From Anaeramoeba ignava BMAN (Eukaryota; Protista; Anaeramoebae): a DNA stretch of 64,000 bases. The stretch covers positions 1 through 64,000 of the forward strand of contig JAPDFW010000063.1 of assembly GCA_028826165.1 (NCBI GenBank), in the 5' to 3' direction. Shown in pieces: positions 12,209 through 24,400 of the stretch (position 1 is its first letter; each line of letters begins with the position of its first letter). The notes under the pieces are model-generated. The model saw only the letters and a program-made list of their open reading frames with translations, was not told where the DNA came from and searched no databases. Both the position numbers and the translations under genes were made by a program.

Positions 12209-14534
12209 TCATAAAAAAAATACCAAAGAATCAATCAATAAAGAAATTAAATAAATTGGAATTAAAGGATAATAAATATGATGAATTCTTTCGTTTTCCA
12301 AATAAAGAATTAATAAAATTAAAAATAAGATCCAAACCAAAGGAAACAAAAAAAAGAAGAATAAATTAGAAATAGTTTCAGAATTCGACCACATTTCACT
12401 ATTCATTAAACTCAAATAATAGAAAACAACCTGAAGAAAAATTGGAATAAAAACAATCCAATAATTCCATTTTATTGTTTCATCAAGTTTCAATCCCAAA
12501 AAAATAGCAAAAGGAATGAAAAACAAACTAAGAAACATTTGGAAGATGAATTTTTTTAAATTTTCATCCCAAAAAACAATGAAAAAAACAAAAAGGAAAA
12601 TCAAGAAGAAGGAAAGCACAATCAAAGGAATGAAAACGCAAATCCAAGAAAATTTCATCAAATGATCCACTTTCAATGCGATTAGAAGGAATTGAACAAG
12701 CACAAGAAGAAAGATGGAAAACCAAAGAAAACTTTTCCAAGTTTCATTCAAATTGACATTATACTCACCATCCCAAATTCCCAAAGAGAAACGAATCAAG
12801 AGCCATAAAAACATGAAAAACAAAGGAACCAGAACACAAATACTCAAATAACTCAATTTCGTATCGATTTTATTTTCAACTTTGAGAGTAATTAAAATTA
12901 GGTAAATAGAAAAACCAATTGAAATTAACACTTGAATAATTGGAACAAAAAAATCTTCTTTTCTTTCTAAATTTTGTATTTTTGCTTTTCTACTTTCGTA
13001 TTTGAGTTTCTGTTTCAATTTAATTTTACTTTGTGAAAAAAGTTTATCAATTTTTCTTGCTTTTTCAAGCAATTCTTCTTTGGGATTTTCTAATAGATTA
13101 ATATATTTAATTCTTTCTTCTCTTGTTGAATTTATTAGTGGTGTTCTTTTACCATAAAGCATATTATTATCTATTGAATTATCAATTTGGTTATTATTGA
13201 AATATTTTTTCAATCTTTTTTCTCTTTGTTGATAATATTTTTTAAAAAATTTTTGATTTTGATTTTGATTTTGATTTTGATTTTGATTTTGATTTTGATT
13301 TTGATTTTGATTTTGATTTTGATTTTGATTTTGATTTTGATTTTGATTTTGATTTTGATTTTGATTTTGATTTTGATTTTGATTTGAAATATTTTCAATT
13401 TCTTCCTTAATTTTTGTTTGAAATCCAATAACTTCATATTTTGTTAAATTATAACCATATTCTAATTCAAAATAATCAGAAATGAAGAAATTTTCATATG
13501 ATTTTGCAATTCTTCTCCAAGTTTCTTGATCTTGAAAAATTTCTTGAAAATATTTACAAGTCATTCCTAATCTAGTGAATTCTCCAGGGGATAAATATTC
13601 GCAAATCATCATCAAAACTATTTTTTAATTTAATCAATTTTTAATTAATTTTTAATCAATTTTTAATCAATTTTTAATCTATTTTTAATCTATTTTTAAT
13701 TAATTTTTAATTAATTTTTAATTTATTTTTAATCTATTTTTAATCTATTTTTAATTAATTTTTAATTAATTTTTAATTAATTTTTAATTAATTTTTAATT
13801 AATTTTTAATTAATTTTTAATTAATTTTTAATCTATTTTTAATCTATCTATTTTTTTAATCTAATCTATTTTTTTATTTTTTAATTTTTAATCAATTTTT
13901 AATCTATTTTTAATCTATTTTTTTAATCTATTTTTAATTAATTTTTAATTAATTTTTAATTTTTAATCTATTTTTAATCAATTTTTAATCTATTTTTAAT
14001 CTATTTTTAATCTATTTTTAATCTATTTTAATTTTAATCTATTTTTAATTAATTTTTAATCTATTTTTAATTAATTTTTAAATTTTAATTAATTTTTAAT
14101 TAAATTTTAATTTTAATTTTTAATTAATTTTTAATTTCAATTTTAATTATTTTTAATCAATTTTTAATTAATTTTTAATTTATTTTTAATCTATTTTTAA
14201 TCTATTTTTAATTAATTTTTAATCAATTTTTAATCTATTTTTAATCAATTTTTAATCTATTTTTAATCTATTTTTAATCTATTTTTAATCTATTTTTAAT
14301 CTATTTTTAATCTATTTTTTCATTTTACTTTCTGGAGGAAGTGAATCAATAATTAAATTTGGTTCTTCTGATGAAATTTTATTATTATTCTTCGATTCTA
14401 AATAATTTCCCTTTTTCAATAAATCAAAATTCTTCTTTGAAATTTTAATCACTCCTTTATTTTTAGAAATTGTTAATTCGAAAATTTTATTGTTTGTTTC
14501 TTTTATTTCTTCATTTTGAGACCAATAAATCCAT
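12209..14534 (-). CDS. F-box protein with C-terminal TMEM185/Tmemb_185A-like multipass domain (intron 13618-14328; likely 1-nt error near 14521)
   Basis: Splicing gives IIDSLPPE-I-LMMICEYL...LGMTCKYF..I.....WR (F-box). Repeated TMEM185-type units: LIALKVD....SWICVFIP, LGLKLD..IKWNYWIVFIPIF, IYYPLIPIY. ATG at 14534 joins the exon-1 frame only if one base is removed. Confidence 0.75.
13625..14320 (-). repeat. Intronic 11-bp minisatellite (sense AAAAATAGATT/AAAAATTAATT/AAAAATTGATT)
   Basis: Fills the F-box gene intron. Confidence 0.9.
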
Positions 14535-14565
14535 TTTCAAAATTAAATTATAAATGAAAAATTTT

Positions 14566-14735
14566 TGTAAATATAAATGTAAATATAAATGTAAATATAA
14601 ATGTAAATATAAATGTAAGTGTAAATATAAATGTAAATGTAAATATAAATATAAATGTAAATGTAAATGTAAATATAAATATAAATGTAAGTGTAAATAT
14701 AAATGTAAGTGTAAATATAAATGTAAATGTAAATA
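14566..14735. repeat. AAATAT/AAATGT hexamer array between divergent genes
   Basis: Direct reading. Confidence 0.85.
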
Positions 14736-14873
14736 AAAATGAAAAATGAAAAATGAAAAATGAAAAATGAATTGTTTGTTTTTTTGTTTTTAGTTCCAAA
14801 TTCACCAAATTAAAAAAAAAATTCATTTTTTTTCCTTTTTTCATTTTTTCATTTTTTCATTTTATTTTTCTAA

Positions 14874-16439
14874 ATGGAAGAACTTGAAAAAAATTTAAGA
14901 GAATTAATACAAATCTATGCACCAAGTAAAGAAGAAAAACCAGTTGCAGAATATTTACTGAATAAATTAAACGGAAAATTAGATGATTGTTTCATAGATG
15001 ATATAAATAATTTCATAGGGATCTCACGAGGGGAAGAAGCAAAAGCACTATTAATAATCGATGCACACATTGACAATTGTAAAGGAGTAAAAACAAAGAA
15101 GAAAAACATAAAGGAAAAAGAAACGGAAATTCTTCACGGATCATATTTTGACAACAGAGGCGCAGTTGCAATCATGATGCAGATCGCACAAACCTTCAAA
15201 CCACAGAACATCCAAATCGTATTTGCTGGCACAGCTCAAGAGGAAACAACTTCCAATGGAGCAAAAGCAATTTCTGAGAATTTTGGCTTTTTGCCATTTG
15301 AGGAAAAATATTGCATTGTGATTGATGCTGATGATTCCACTGTTATTAATAAGGGTCCTGTTCTCCTCAAACCGAACCCTTCAAGACCCTCAAGAAACCG
15401 CTTGATAAATCTGTTTGAAAATGTGATTTCCAAAGAGTATCAAGAAGGCACTTATCAAATCTCGAAAAACGAACAACACATTGATTTTTCTTTAACAAAT
15501 TCACAGAAATATCAAGATTCATATCAAACGTACTTACTATCTTTTGCTGTCACGGGAATGCAACAAAAACACTCTACTGTCTCCATTAAGGATCTGTATG
15601 AGACTTATTTGATGACTATGCGATCACTTGAATTTTTGGATCAATCACGTTTCCAAATCGATCCTTTTAGAATCATTCCCTGCAAGCCTATTCCCGATGT
15701 TTGTCCTGTTCTCAACACCGATTTGCTCATAAAGTTGCTCAAGATTCCTTCGCCTTCCACTTTGGAAAAACGATTCCGTGATTTCATCACTTTGGATCTT
15801 TTGACTCCAAATCAAATACCTTTTGAGCAGGATTCGTTTGGAAATATATGCTGGCTTAACGAGCCTGAACAACCCGTTCTTTGCGCACATATAGACACTG
15901 TGCAGAAAATGGAGGATGTGATCTATGCAGACACTGTGAGGCTTAACGGAAACATTATCCAGGGAGACCGCATCATTGGAGCTGATGATAAATGCGGTGT
16001 TTTTATCATTTTGGATCTTTTAATAAACAAGAAAATGAAATTCAATTGGATTCTCACTTGTCAAGAAGAATTGGGTCTTGTGGGGGCAACTGAATTTATG
16101 AAAAGTCCACTTTCTTCAAATTTGGATTTTCTTCCTTATGCTTTGATTCTTGATGATGTTCCTGATTTTTCTCCTGTTATTCGTTGCTATGAAATCGGTT
16201 ATGGTTCAAAAGCTTTGGAATCTTTTCTCCTTAATATTGCTAAGCCTCTTGGTTACTTATCTTGGTTTTCTTTTAGTCGTACTGACGGTCATATTTTTTC
16301 TTCTCGTATTATGTGCGCTTCTGTTTCTATTGGTGCTTATAATATTCATTCTCATAATGAATATGTTGATGTTTTTGCTCTTCATAAAGGTTTGAAATTT
16401 GTTCAGAAATGTCTTGAATCAAAATTTATTGATAAGTGA
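14874..16439 (+). CDS. Zinc metallopeptidase of the M20/M28/M42 clan with two tandem catalytic domains
   Basis: Domain 1: DAHID, FDNRG, QEE, IDAD. Domain 2: CAHIDT, GADDKCG, QEELGLVGA, ILDD, TDG, YNIHSHNE. Intronless. Confidence 0.85.
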   Translation: MEELEKNLRELIQIYAPSKEEKPVAEYLLNKLNGKLDDCFIDDINNFIGISRGEEAKALLIIDAHIDNCKGVKTKKKNIKEKETEILHGSYFDNRGAVAIMMQIAQTFKPQNIQIVFAGTAQEETTSNGAKAISENFGFLPFEEKYCIVIDADDSTVINKGPVLLKPNPSRPSRNRLINLFENVISKEYQEGTYQISKNEQHIDFSLTNSQKYQDSYQTYLLSFAVTGMQQKHSTVSIKDLYETYLMTMRSLEFLDQSRFQIDPFRIIPCKPIPDVCPVLNTDLLIKLLKIPSPSTLEKRFRDFITLDLLTPNQIPFEQDSFGNICWLNEPEQPVLCAHIDTVQKMEDVIYADTVRLNGNIIQGDRIIGADDKCGVFIILDLLINKKMKFNWILTCQEELGLVGATEFMKSPLSSNLDFLPYALILDDVPDFSPVIRCYEIGYGSKALESFLLNIAKPLGYLSWFSFSRTDGHIFSSRIMCASVSIGAYNIHSHNEYVDVFALHKGLKFVQKCLESKFIDK

Positions 16440-16654
16440 TTGATTTTTTGATTTTATTTTTAAAAAAAAAAAAGAAAAGTTTATATTTTTTTTTTTTCAA
16501 AAAAACTCTTTATTTTCTTTAGAAAGAAAAAAATTGGAAAGAAAAGAAAAAAAGATTTGAAACTTTTTGCTTTTTTAAACTTTTTGCTTTTTTAAACTTT
16601 TTGCTTTTTTAAACTTTTTGCTTTTTGAAAAATTCCAAAAAAAAAAGTGGAATT

Positions 16655-18689
16655 TTATTTTTCTTTTTTGCTTTCTTTCAAATCATTTTCTTTCAAATCA
16701 TTTTCTTTTTCTTTTTCTTTTAAAGCTTTTTCTTGTTTTTTTGGTTCTGTAATTTGACCGAATTCATTTACTCTTGATTTATCAATTCTATATATTCTTC
16801 TTTGATAAAGATAAATGAAAAATATAATATCATCTCTAAGTGTAGCAATTCTATGAAGAGTTGGCATTTTAATAACCCAAGCAAAAAGATCATCAATAAA
16901 AGTTGTAATTGTTTTATAAGTCATTGCTTTCCAATTCATATGAGCAACTGATTTCAACTATTTTAATTTTAATTTTAATAATTTTATAAATGAATTTTAA
17001 TTTTATAAATGAATTTTAATTTTATAAATGAATTTTAATTTTATAAATGAATTTTAAATATTTTCTACTTTATAATTAATAAATAATTGTGGAGTCATTG
17101 CAATAAAACCAAAAGTATAAATAGTTCCAACCAAACTAGACAAAATCCAAGAATACCATCCTTTATGTTCTTCATAAACTAATGCATAAATAGAATACCC
17201 AATAATCAAAGGAACAAGAACCCAATAGAGATATTTCATAGCTTGAGAATCATATTCATTTGTTTTATTTTTGTAATAAGTATCTCGATCATTTAATTTA
17301 ATAAACGGAAATCTAGATAAAAATGTAACGTTTGTTGCTTTATAAATTTTCCAAAACTCAATCAAAATAGCAAATCCATTTGAAATCAAAACCATAAAAG
17401 AAGTATCATTATCTAACAAATAAAGGAATATAATCACTTGGGAAAAAGCATTGAGTGTTATTGTTCTAACTGATAATCCTTCAACAGAATCTCTTTTATT
17501 CCAAAAAGTAATTTCATTTTTAAATGCAAGAAATTCAAATAGCATATGAAGAAGTGAAACAATAAATGTGAACCCAAGAATCCATGGGTTGGTTTCTATT
17601 AAAATTCTCTTGAATTCTTCTGTTTCTTCCTCTATCATTGTTCCCATTGATTTATGCATTGAAAAACTTGTTGTTACTCCAAAATATAATAAGAATTTCC
17701 ATGATTGTAATAAATCAAATTCAATGTGTAATGGCATTTCAAGTGTTGTTTCGTTTATTGGTTCTAAATTTTTTCTCATCATCCAAAAATCATTGATATA
17801 AATTAGTGTATAATGTCTGAAATTTGGATCTAAATTAATTACTTGAATTTTTGATTGTAATTTTAAATTTAATTTTAATTTTATAAATGAATTTTAATTT
17901 TAATTTTATAAATGAATTTTAATTTTAATTTTAATTTTGAATTATACTATCAAAAAATTGTTGTGGCATTTGATTTGGAGAAAAACTAGTCGTATCTTCA
18001 ACCATATTAATAGTAAAATTTCTAAACCAATGAGGTTTCCATTCAACAACTTTTTCCTCATTATCTAAAGTATATTTATCCAACATTTCTTCATATTTTT
18101 GTTCATTTTGCAATTTATATTCTTCATGAATATTTTGACTTTCATCATTCACTTCATCATCACCTTTTCCACTGATTAAATTCTTTGTATTCTTATTAAT
18201 AGGAGGAGGAACAAAACGAACCAAAGAAACTTTTTTATATGAAATAAATTTTTGCCTAAAATTTTTATCACTTGGATCAATAGGTTTTCCACTTTTAACA
18301 ATAAAAATATGTGAATAAATAGTTGAATTATTGATCCGAACATTTTCACTTAAAGTAACATTAACATCAGATGAAATATTTCTGAGCGAAATGTCTCCTT
18401 TTTTAAACCTGAATCCTTTTTTGAAAAGAACAAGATCATCAACTGATTTTTCATATTCAAAAGTTTCATTTTCATTTATAAAAACATAAAGATCTAATTT
18501 CTCTCCAATTTGAAATTGTGGAGTAATTGGTGGTAATGGATTTCCTTTGGAATCAGTTTGAACTTGTGGTTGTTTTTGTCCTCGAAAAAAACTAGTTATC
18601 ATCCACAATGTAAATATTGTGGAAATGATTTGTTTGATTCCCATATTTTGTATTACTTCTTTAATTTGTTCAAAATATCCTTCAACCAT
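16655..18689 (-). CDS. CLPTM1: CLPTM1-family membrane protein (lipid scramblase family), 3 exons (introns ~17842-17947 and 16958-17068)
   Basis: INDFW, ETNPWILG.T..VSLLH..FEFLAFKN, GLSVR, FGFIAMTPQLFINYK|LKSVAHM.WK..TYK...TFIDDLFA..IKMP.LHR.A..RDD..F.IYLYQR..YR.D..RVNEFG. Confidence 0.93.
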
Positions 18690-18787
18690 TTAATTTTTTC
18701 TAAAAATGAAAAATGAAAAAATGAAAAAATTAAATTAAATTAAATTAAATTAAAAAAAAATTTTTTTTTTCATTTTTCATTTTTAAA
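18690..18787. promoter_or_regulatory. Compact bidirectional promoter with mirror-image TTTTTCATTTTT initiator-like repeats
   Basis: 98 bp between the divergent ATGs of CLPTM1 and nuoE; (AAAAATG)x3 on the left arm and (TTTTTCA)x2 on the right arm. Confidence 0.6.
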
Positions 18788-20741
18788 ATGATTTCTATTT
18801 CTAATTTAAATCAAAATTCAAAAACTCTTTTAAAAAATTTTACGAGAGCTTTTGTAAATTCAAAAAAGGTGAGTTTATTTTAAAAAATCAATTTAAAAAA
18901 TCAATTTAAAAAATTAATAAAAAATCAATAAAAAATCAATTTAAAAAATCAATAAAAAATCAATTAAAAAAATTAATTTAAAAAATTAATAAAAAAATCA
19001 ATTAAAAAAATACAGTTTGTTCAACCTGAAAGTTTTTCTTTTACAAAAGAAAATCAAAGTAAAGTTAAAGATATCCTTAAAAATTATCCAGAAGATCATA
19101 AAGAATCAGCATTAATTCCACTTCTTTCTTTAGCTCAAGACCAAGAAGGATGGATTAGCAATGTTATTTTTTCTTTTAAATTTATTTTTATTATCTTCTT
19201 TTAATTTATTTTTATTCATTTATTTCCATTAATTTATTTAGGCTGCAATTAATGAAGTTTGTAATATTACTAATTGTCCTCGAATTTATGGATATCAAAC
19301 AACTAAATTTTATTCAATGTTTCGCAGGTTTATTTCAATTTCCATTTTAATTACTTTATTCTTTAATTAACTCTTTGAATTAAATTGATTTAAAATTGAT
19401 ATAAAATTGATATAAAATTGATTTAAAATTGATATAAAATTGATATAAAATTAATTTAAAATTGATTTAAAATTAATATAAAATTAATATAAAATTGATA
19501 TAAAATTAATATAAAATTAATATAAAATTGATATAAAATTAATATAAAATTGATTTAAAATTAATATAAAATTGATTTAAAATTGATTTAAAATTGATAT
19601 AAAATTGATATAAAATTGATATAAAATTAATATAAAATTGATTTAAAATTAATATAAAATTGATATAAAATTGATATAAAATTGATATAAAATTGATTTA
19701 AAATTAATATAAAATTAATATAAAATTATTGATATAAAATTATATAAAATTAATATAAAATTGATATAAAATTGATATAAAATTAATATAAAATTGATAT
19801 AAAATTGATATAAAAATTGATTTAAAATTGATATAAAATTGATATAAAATTGATATAAAATTAATATAAAATTGATATAAAATTGATATAAAATTGATAT
19901 AAAATTGATATAAAATTAATATAAAATTAATATAAAATTGATATAAAATTGATATAAAATTAATATAAAATTAATATAAAATTGATATAAAATTAATATA
20001 AAATTAATATAAAATTAATATAAAATTGATATAAAATTGATATAAAATTGATTTAAAATTAATATAAAATTAATTTAAATTGATATAAAATTGATAATTT
20101 AAAATTAATATAAAATTAATATAAAATTAATATAAAATTAATATAAAATTGATATAAAATTGATATAAAATTGATTTAAAATTGATATAAAATTGATATA
20201 AAATTGATATAAAATTGATATAAAATTGATATAAAATTGATTTAAAATTAATATAAAATTGATATAAAATTAATATAAAATTGATATAAAATTGATATAA
20301 AATTAATATAAAATTGATTTAAAATTAATATAAAATTGATATAAAATTAATATAAAATTAATATAAAATTGATTTAAAATTGATTTAAAATTGATTTAAA
20401 ATTGATATAAAATTGATATAAAATTGATATAAAATTAATTTAGAAAACCAATAGGAAAACATTTAATTGAAATTTGTACTTGTACACCTTGTATGCTTAA
20501 TGGAGCAGAAGATATTGTTAAAGCAACTAAAGATGAATTAAAAATTGATTTAGGAGAATCAACAGAAGATGGAAAATTTACTTTAACAGAAGTTGAATGT
20601 CAAGGAGCTTGTGCTAATTCACCAGTTATGGTTATTGATGGAATTTATTATGAAAATTTAAAAACTCAAGATATTCAAAAAATTATTTCTCAAATTGCTT
20701 CAGGAAAAAAACCAAAACCTGGTCCTCAAAATGAAAATTAA
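18788..20741 (+). CDS. nuoE: NADH dehydrogenase 24-kDa [2Fe-2S] subunit NuoE with organelle presequence; exons 18788-18868, 19016-19162, 19242-19327, 20444-20741
   Basis: Spliced product: [22 protein letters not shown]...FSFTKEN...[23 protein letters not shown]...[27 protein letters not shown]...[22 protein letters not shown]....YENL...GKKPKPGP. Confidence 0.95.
19385..20440 (+). repeat. Intronic 11-bp minisatellite AAAATTGATAT/AAAATTAATAT/AAAATTGATTT
   Basis: Fills nuoE intron 3. Confidence 0.95.
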
Positions 20742-21499
20742 TCAAAAACAAATTATCAAAATTTTTTTTCCTTTCTTTTCAAAAAAGAAAAACTTAATTT
20801 TTCAGTTCTTTTTCTTCAATAATAAAAATTAAAATTTAAAATTTAAAATTTAAAATTTAAAATTTAAAATTAAAAAATTTTTTAATTAATTTGCTCAGAG
20901 TCGCCTTTTGATTTCATTATAAAGAAAGAAAAAAAAAAAGAAATTTAAATGAAAATTTTAATTAGAAAGAATAAAGAAAAAAAAAAAGAAAAATTAATAA
21001 AAGAAAATCAAAAGGATAAATTAATTAAATAAAATAGAATAAATTATTTAATTATTTAGCCAAATATTTTGATTTATTTTATTAAAATTTTCCTTTTTTT
21101 TTTTCTTTTTCTATTCTTTCTTTTTTCTCAAATAAATTTCTTTTTTTTTGTTTTGTTTTAAACAAAATTTCCTTTTTTATTCAAAAGTATCTATTTTCTT
21201 CATCACAAAATAATTAAAAAAAAAAAATGAAAAAAATGAAAAAAATGAAAATTTATTTTTAAAAAAATTGAATTTTCTCAAACAAAAAAAAAGAAGAAGA
21301 AGAAGAAGCAAAGAAAAAAAATCAAATTTCTTTCTTTAAATCATTTTTTTTTGTGTAAATGTTTTTTTAGTTTCGATTTTGATTTTTTTTGATCTTGATT
21401 CTTTTAAAAAAATCAATCAAATTTAAATCCAAAAAAAAATCGGAAAAAAAAAATTTTTTTTTTCTTTTTTCTTTTCATTAATTTTCAAGAACAAAATCT

Positions 21500-24400
21500 T
21501 TATAAGAAATATTCTGGTGGTTGATCGGAAATAACTTTTTCAGTTCCAGGAGAAGTTTCAAATTGAATACTTTTTAAAATTATTAAAAAAACAGAATAAA
21601 ATTTTAATTTAATTTTAAATCAATTTTAAATCAATTTTATATTAATTTTATATCAATTTTATATTAATTTTATATCAATTTTATATTAATTTTATATTAA
21701 TTTTATATTAATTTTAAATTAATTTTAAATTAATTTTATATTAATTTTAAATCAATTTTATATCAATTTTATATCAATTTTAAATCAATTTTATATCAAT
21801 TTTATATCAATTTTAAATCAATTTTATATCAATTTTATATCAATTTTAAATCAATTTTAAATCAGTTTTATATTAATTTTATATTAATTTTATATCAATT
21901 TTATATTAATTTTATATTAATTTTATATCAATTTTATATTAATTTTATATTAATTTTAAATCAATTTTATATCAATTTTATATCAATTTTATATCAATTT
22001 TATATTAATTTAATATTAATTTTATATCAATTTTAAATCAATTTTATATTAATTTTATATCAATTTTAAATCAATTTTAAATTAATTTTATATTAATTTT
22101 AAATCAATTTTAAATCAATTTTAAATCAATTTTATATCAATTTTATATTAATTTTATATCAATTTTATATCAATTTTAAATCAATTTTAAATCAATTTTA
22201 TATCAATTTTATATTAATTTTAAATCAATTTTAAAATCAATTTTAAATCAATTTTATATCAATTTTATATCAATTTTAAATCAATTTTAAATCAATTTTA
22301 AATCAATTTTATATTAATTTTATATTAATTTTATATCAATTTTAAATTAATTTTATATTAATTTTAAATCAATTTTATATTAATTTTATATTAATTTTAA
22401 ATCAATTTTATATCAATTTTATATTAATTTTAAATCAATTTTATATCAATTTTAAATCAATTTTAAATCAATTTTTATATTAATTTTATATTAATTTTAT
22501 ATTAATTTTATATTAATTTTATATTAATTTTATATCAATTTTATATCAATTTTATATTAATTTTAAATCAATTTTATATTAATTTTAAATCAATTTTATA
22601 TCAATTTTAAATCAATTTTAAATCAATTTTATAATCAATTTTAAATCAATTTTATATCAATTTTATATTAATTTTAAATCAATTTTTAAATTAACTTTAT
22701 ATCAATTTTATATTAATTTTATATCAATTTTATATTAATTTTATATCAATTTTATATTAATTTTAAATCAATTTTATATCAATTTTATATTAATTTTATA
22801 TTAATTTTATATTAATTTTAAATCAATTTTATATCAATTTTAAATTAATTTTAAATCAATTTTATATCAATTTTAAATCAATTTTATATTAATTTTAAAT
22901 CAATTTTAAATCAATTTTAAATTAATTTTAAATCAATTTTAAATCAATTTTAAATTAATTTTAAATCAATTTTAAATCAATTTTAAATCAATTTTAAATC
23001 AATTTTAAATCAATTTTATATCAATTTTATATTAATTTTATATCAATTTTATATTAATTTTATATTAATTTTAAATCAATTTTATATCAATTTTATATTA
23101 ATTTTATATTAATTTTTACAATTTCCGATTCATATAATCATCAACTTCCATAATTGCACCTTTGTTTTCACATCTCATACAATAATTTGGAGCTGAAAAT
23201 AAAGTTACAACTGCACCATCATGATGAATACTATAACCCTAAAAGAAAAAAAAAAGATTAATTATATTATTAAAAAAATATGAATCTAAATAAAGGAGAA
23301 AAATTACCTCCATAATAAGTTGATGAGCTCTAACAGTTAAAGTTAAACCATTTCTTTGATTAAATTTACGAGAGACATCCTTACCGAATGTATATCCAGC
23401 TCCTCTAGCTGAAGGACCAAATCCATCTGAAATATCATTTGGATCACTCCACATTAAATCACACATTGATCCTTCTGTTGGTATTTCTTTGAATCGATCT
23501 AATCTTGAAATTTGGTCTAATGTTTGAATTGATGGGGATAATCCTCCATGTATACAAAGTATCTTTATTTATTAATTTTAATTTTAATTTTAATTTTAAT
23601 TTTAATTTTAATTTTAATTTTAATTTTAATTTTAATTTTAATTTTAATTTTAATTTTAATTTTAATTTTAATTTTAATTTTAATTTTAATTTTAATAATT
23701 GTAATTTAATTTTAATTTTAATTTTAATTTTAATTTTAATTTTAATTTTAATTTTAATTTTATTTATTAATTTTAATTTTAATTTTAATTTTAATTTTAA
23801 TTTTAATTTTATTTATTAATTTTAATTTTTAATTTTAATTTTGATTTTAGTTTTAATTGTAATTTTAATTGTAATTGTAATTTTAATTTTATTTATTAAT
23901 TTTAATTTTAATTGTAATTGTAATTTTATTTAATTTTAATTTTAATTTTAATTTTAATTTTAATTTTAATTTTAATTGTAATTGTAATTTTAATTTTAAT
24001 TTTAATTGTAATTTTAATTGTAATTTTAATTGTAATTTTATTTTAATTTTAATATTAATATTAATTTTAATTTTAATTTTAATTTTAATTTTAATTTTAA
24101 TTTTAATTGTAATTTTAATTTTAATTGTAATTTTAATTGTAATTTTAATTGTAATTTTAATTGTAATTTTTATTTTTAATTTTAATTGTAATTGTAATTT
24201 AATTTTAATTGTAATTTTAATTTTAATTTTAATTTTAATTTTAATTTTAATTTTAATTTTAATTTTAATTTTAATTTTAATTTTAAAATGAATTTTAATT
24301 GTAATTGTAATTTTAATTGTAATTTGAACTATCCAATGTTTTTTTTGAAATCAACCTTCTCATTCACAACAGCACCAATAGGAAGATAATCAAAAATATC

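Noticed and set aside
11865-16395. Short antisense or alternative-frame ORFs overlapping the cathepsin and peptidase genes (likewise in formin and BEACH)
   Set aside because: Shadows of codon bias in well-supported genes; no recognisable motifs.
19385-23118. CRISPR-like regular repeats
   Set aside because: Head-to-tail 11-mers with no unique spacers, eukaryotic intronic context and no cas genes.
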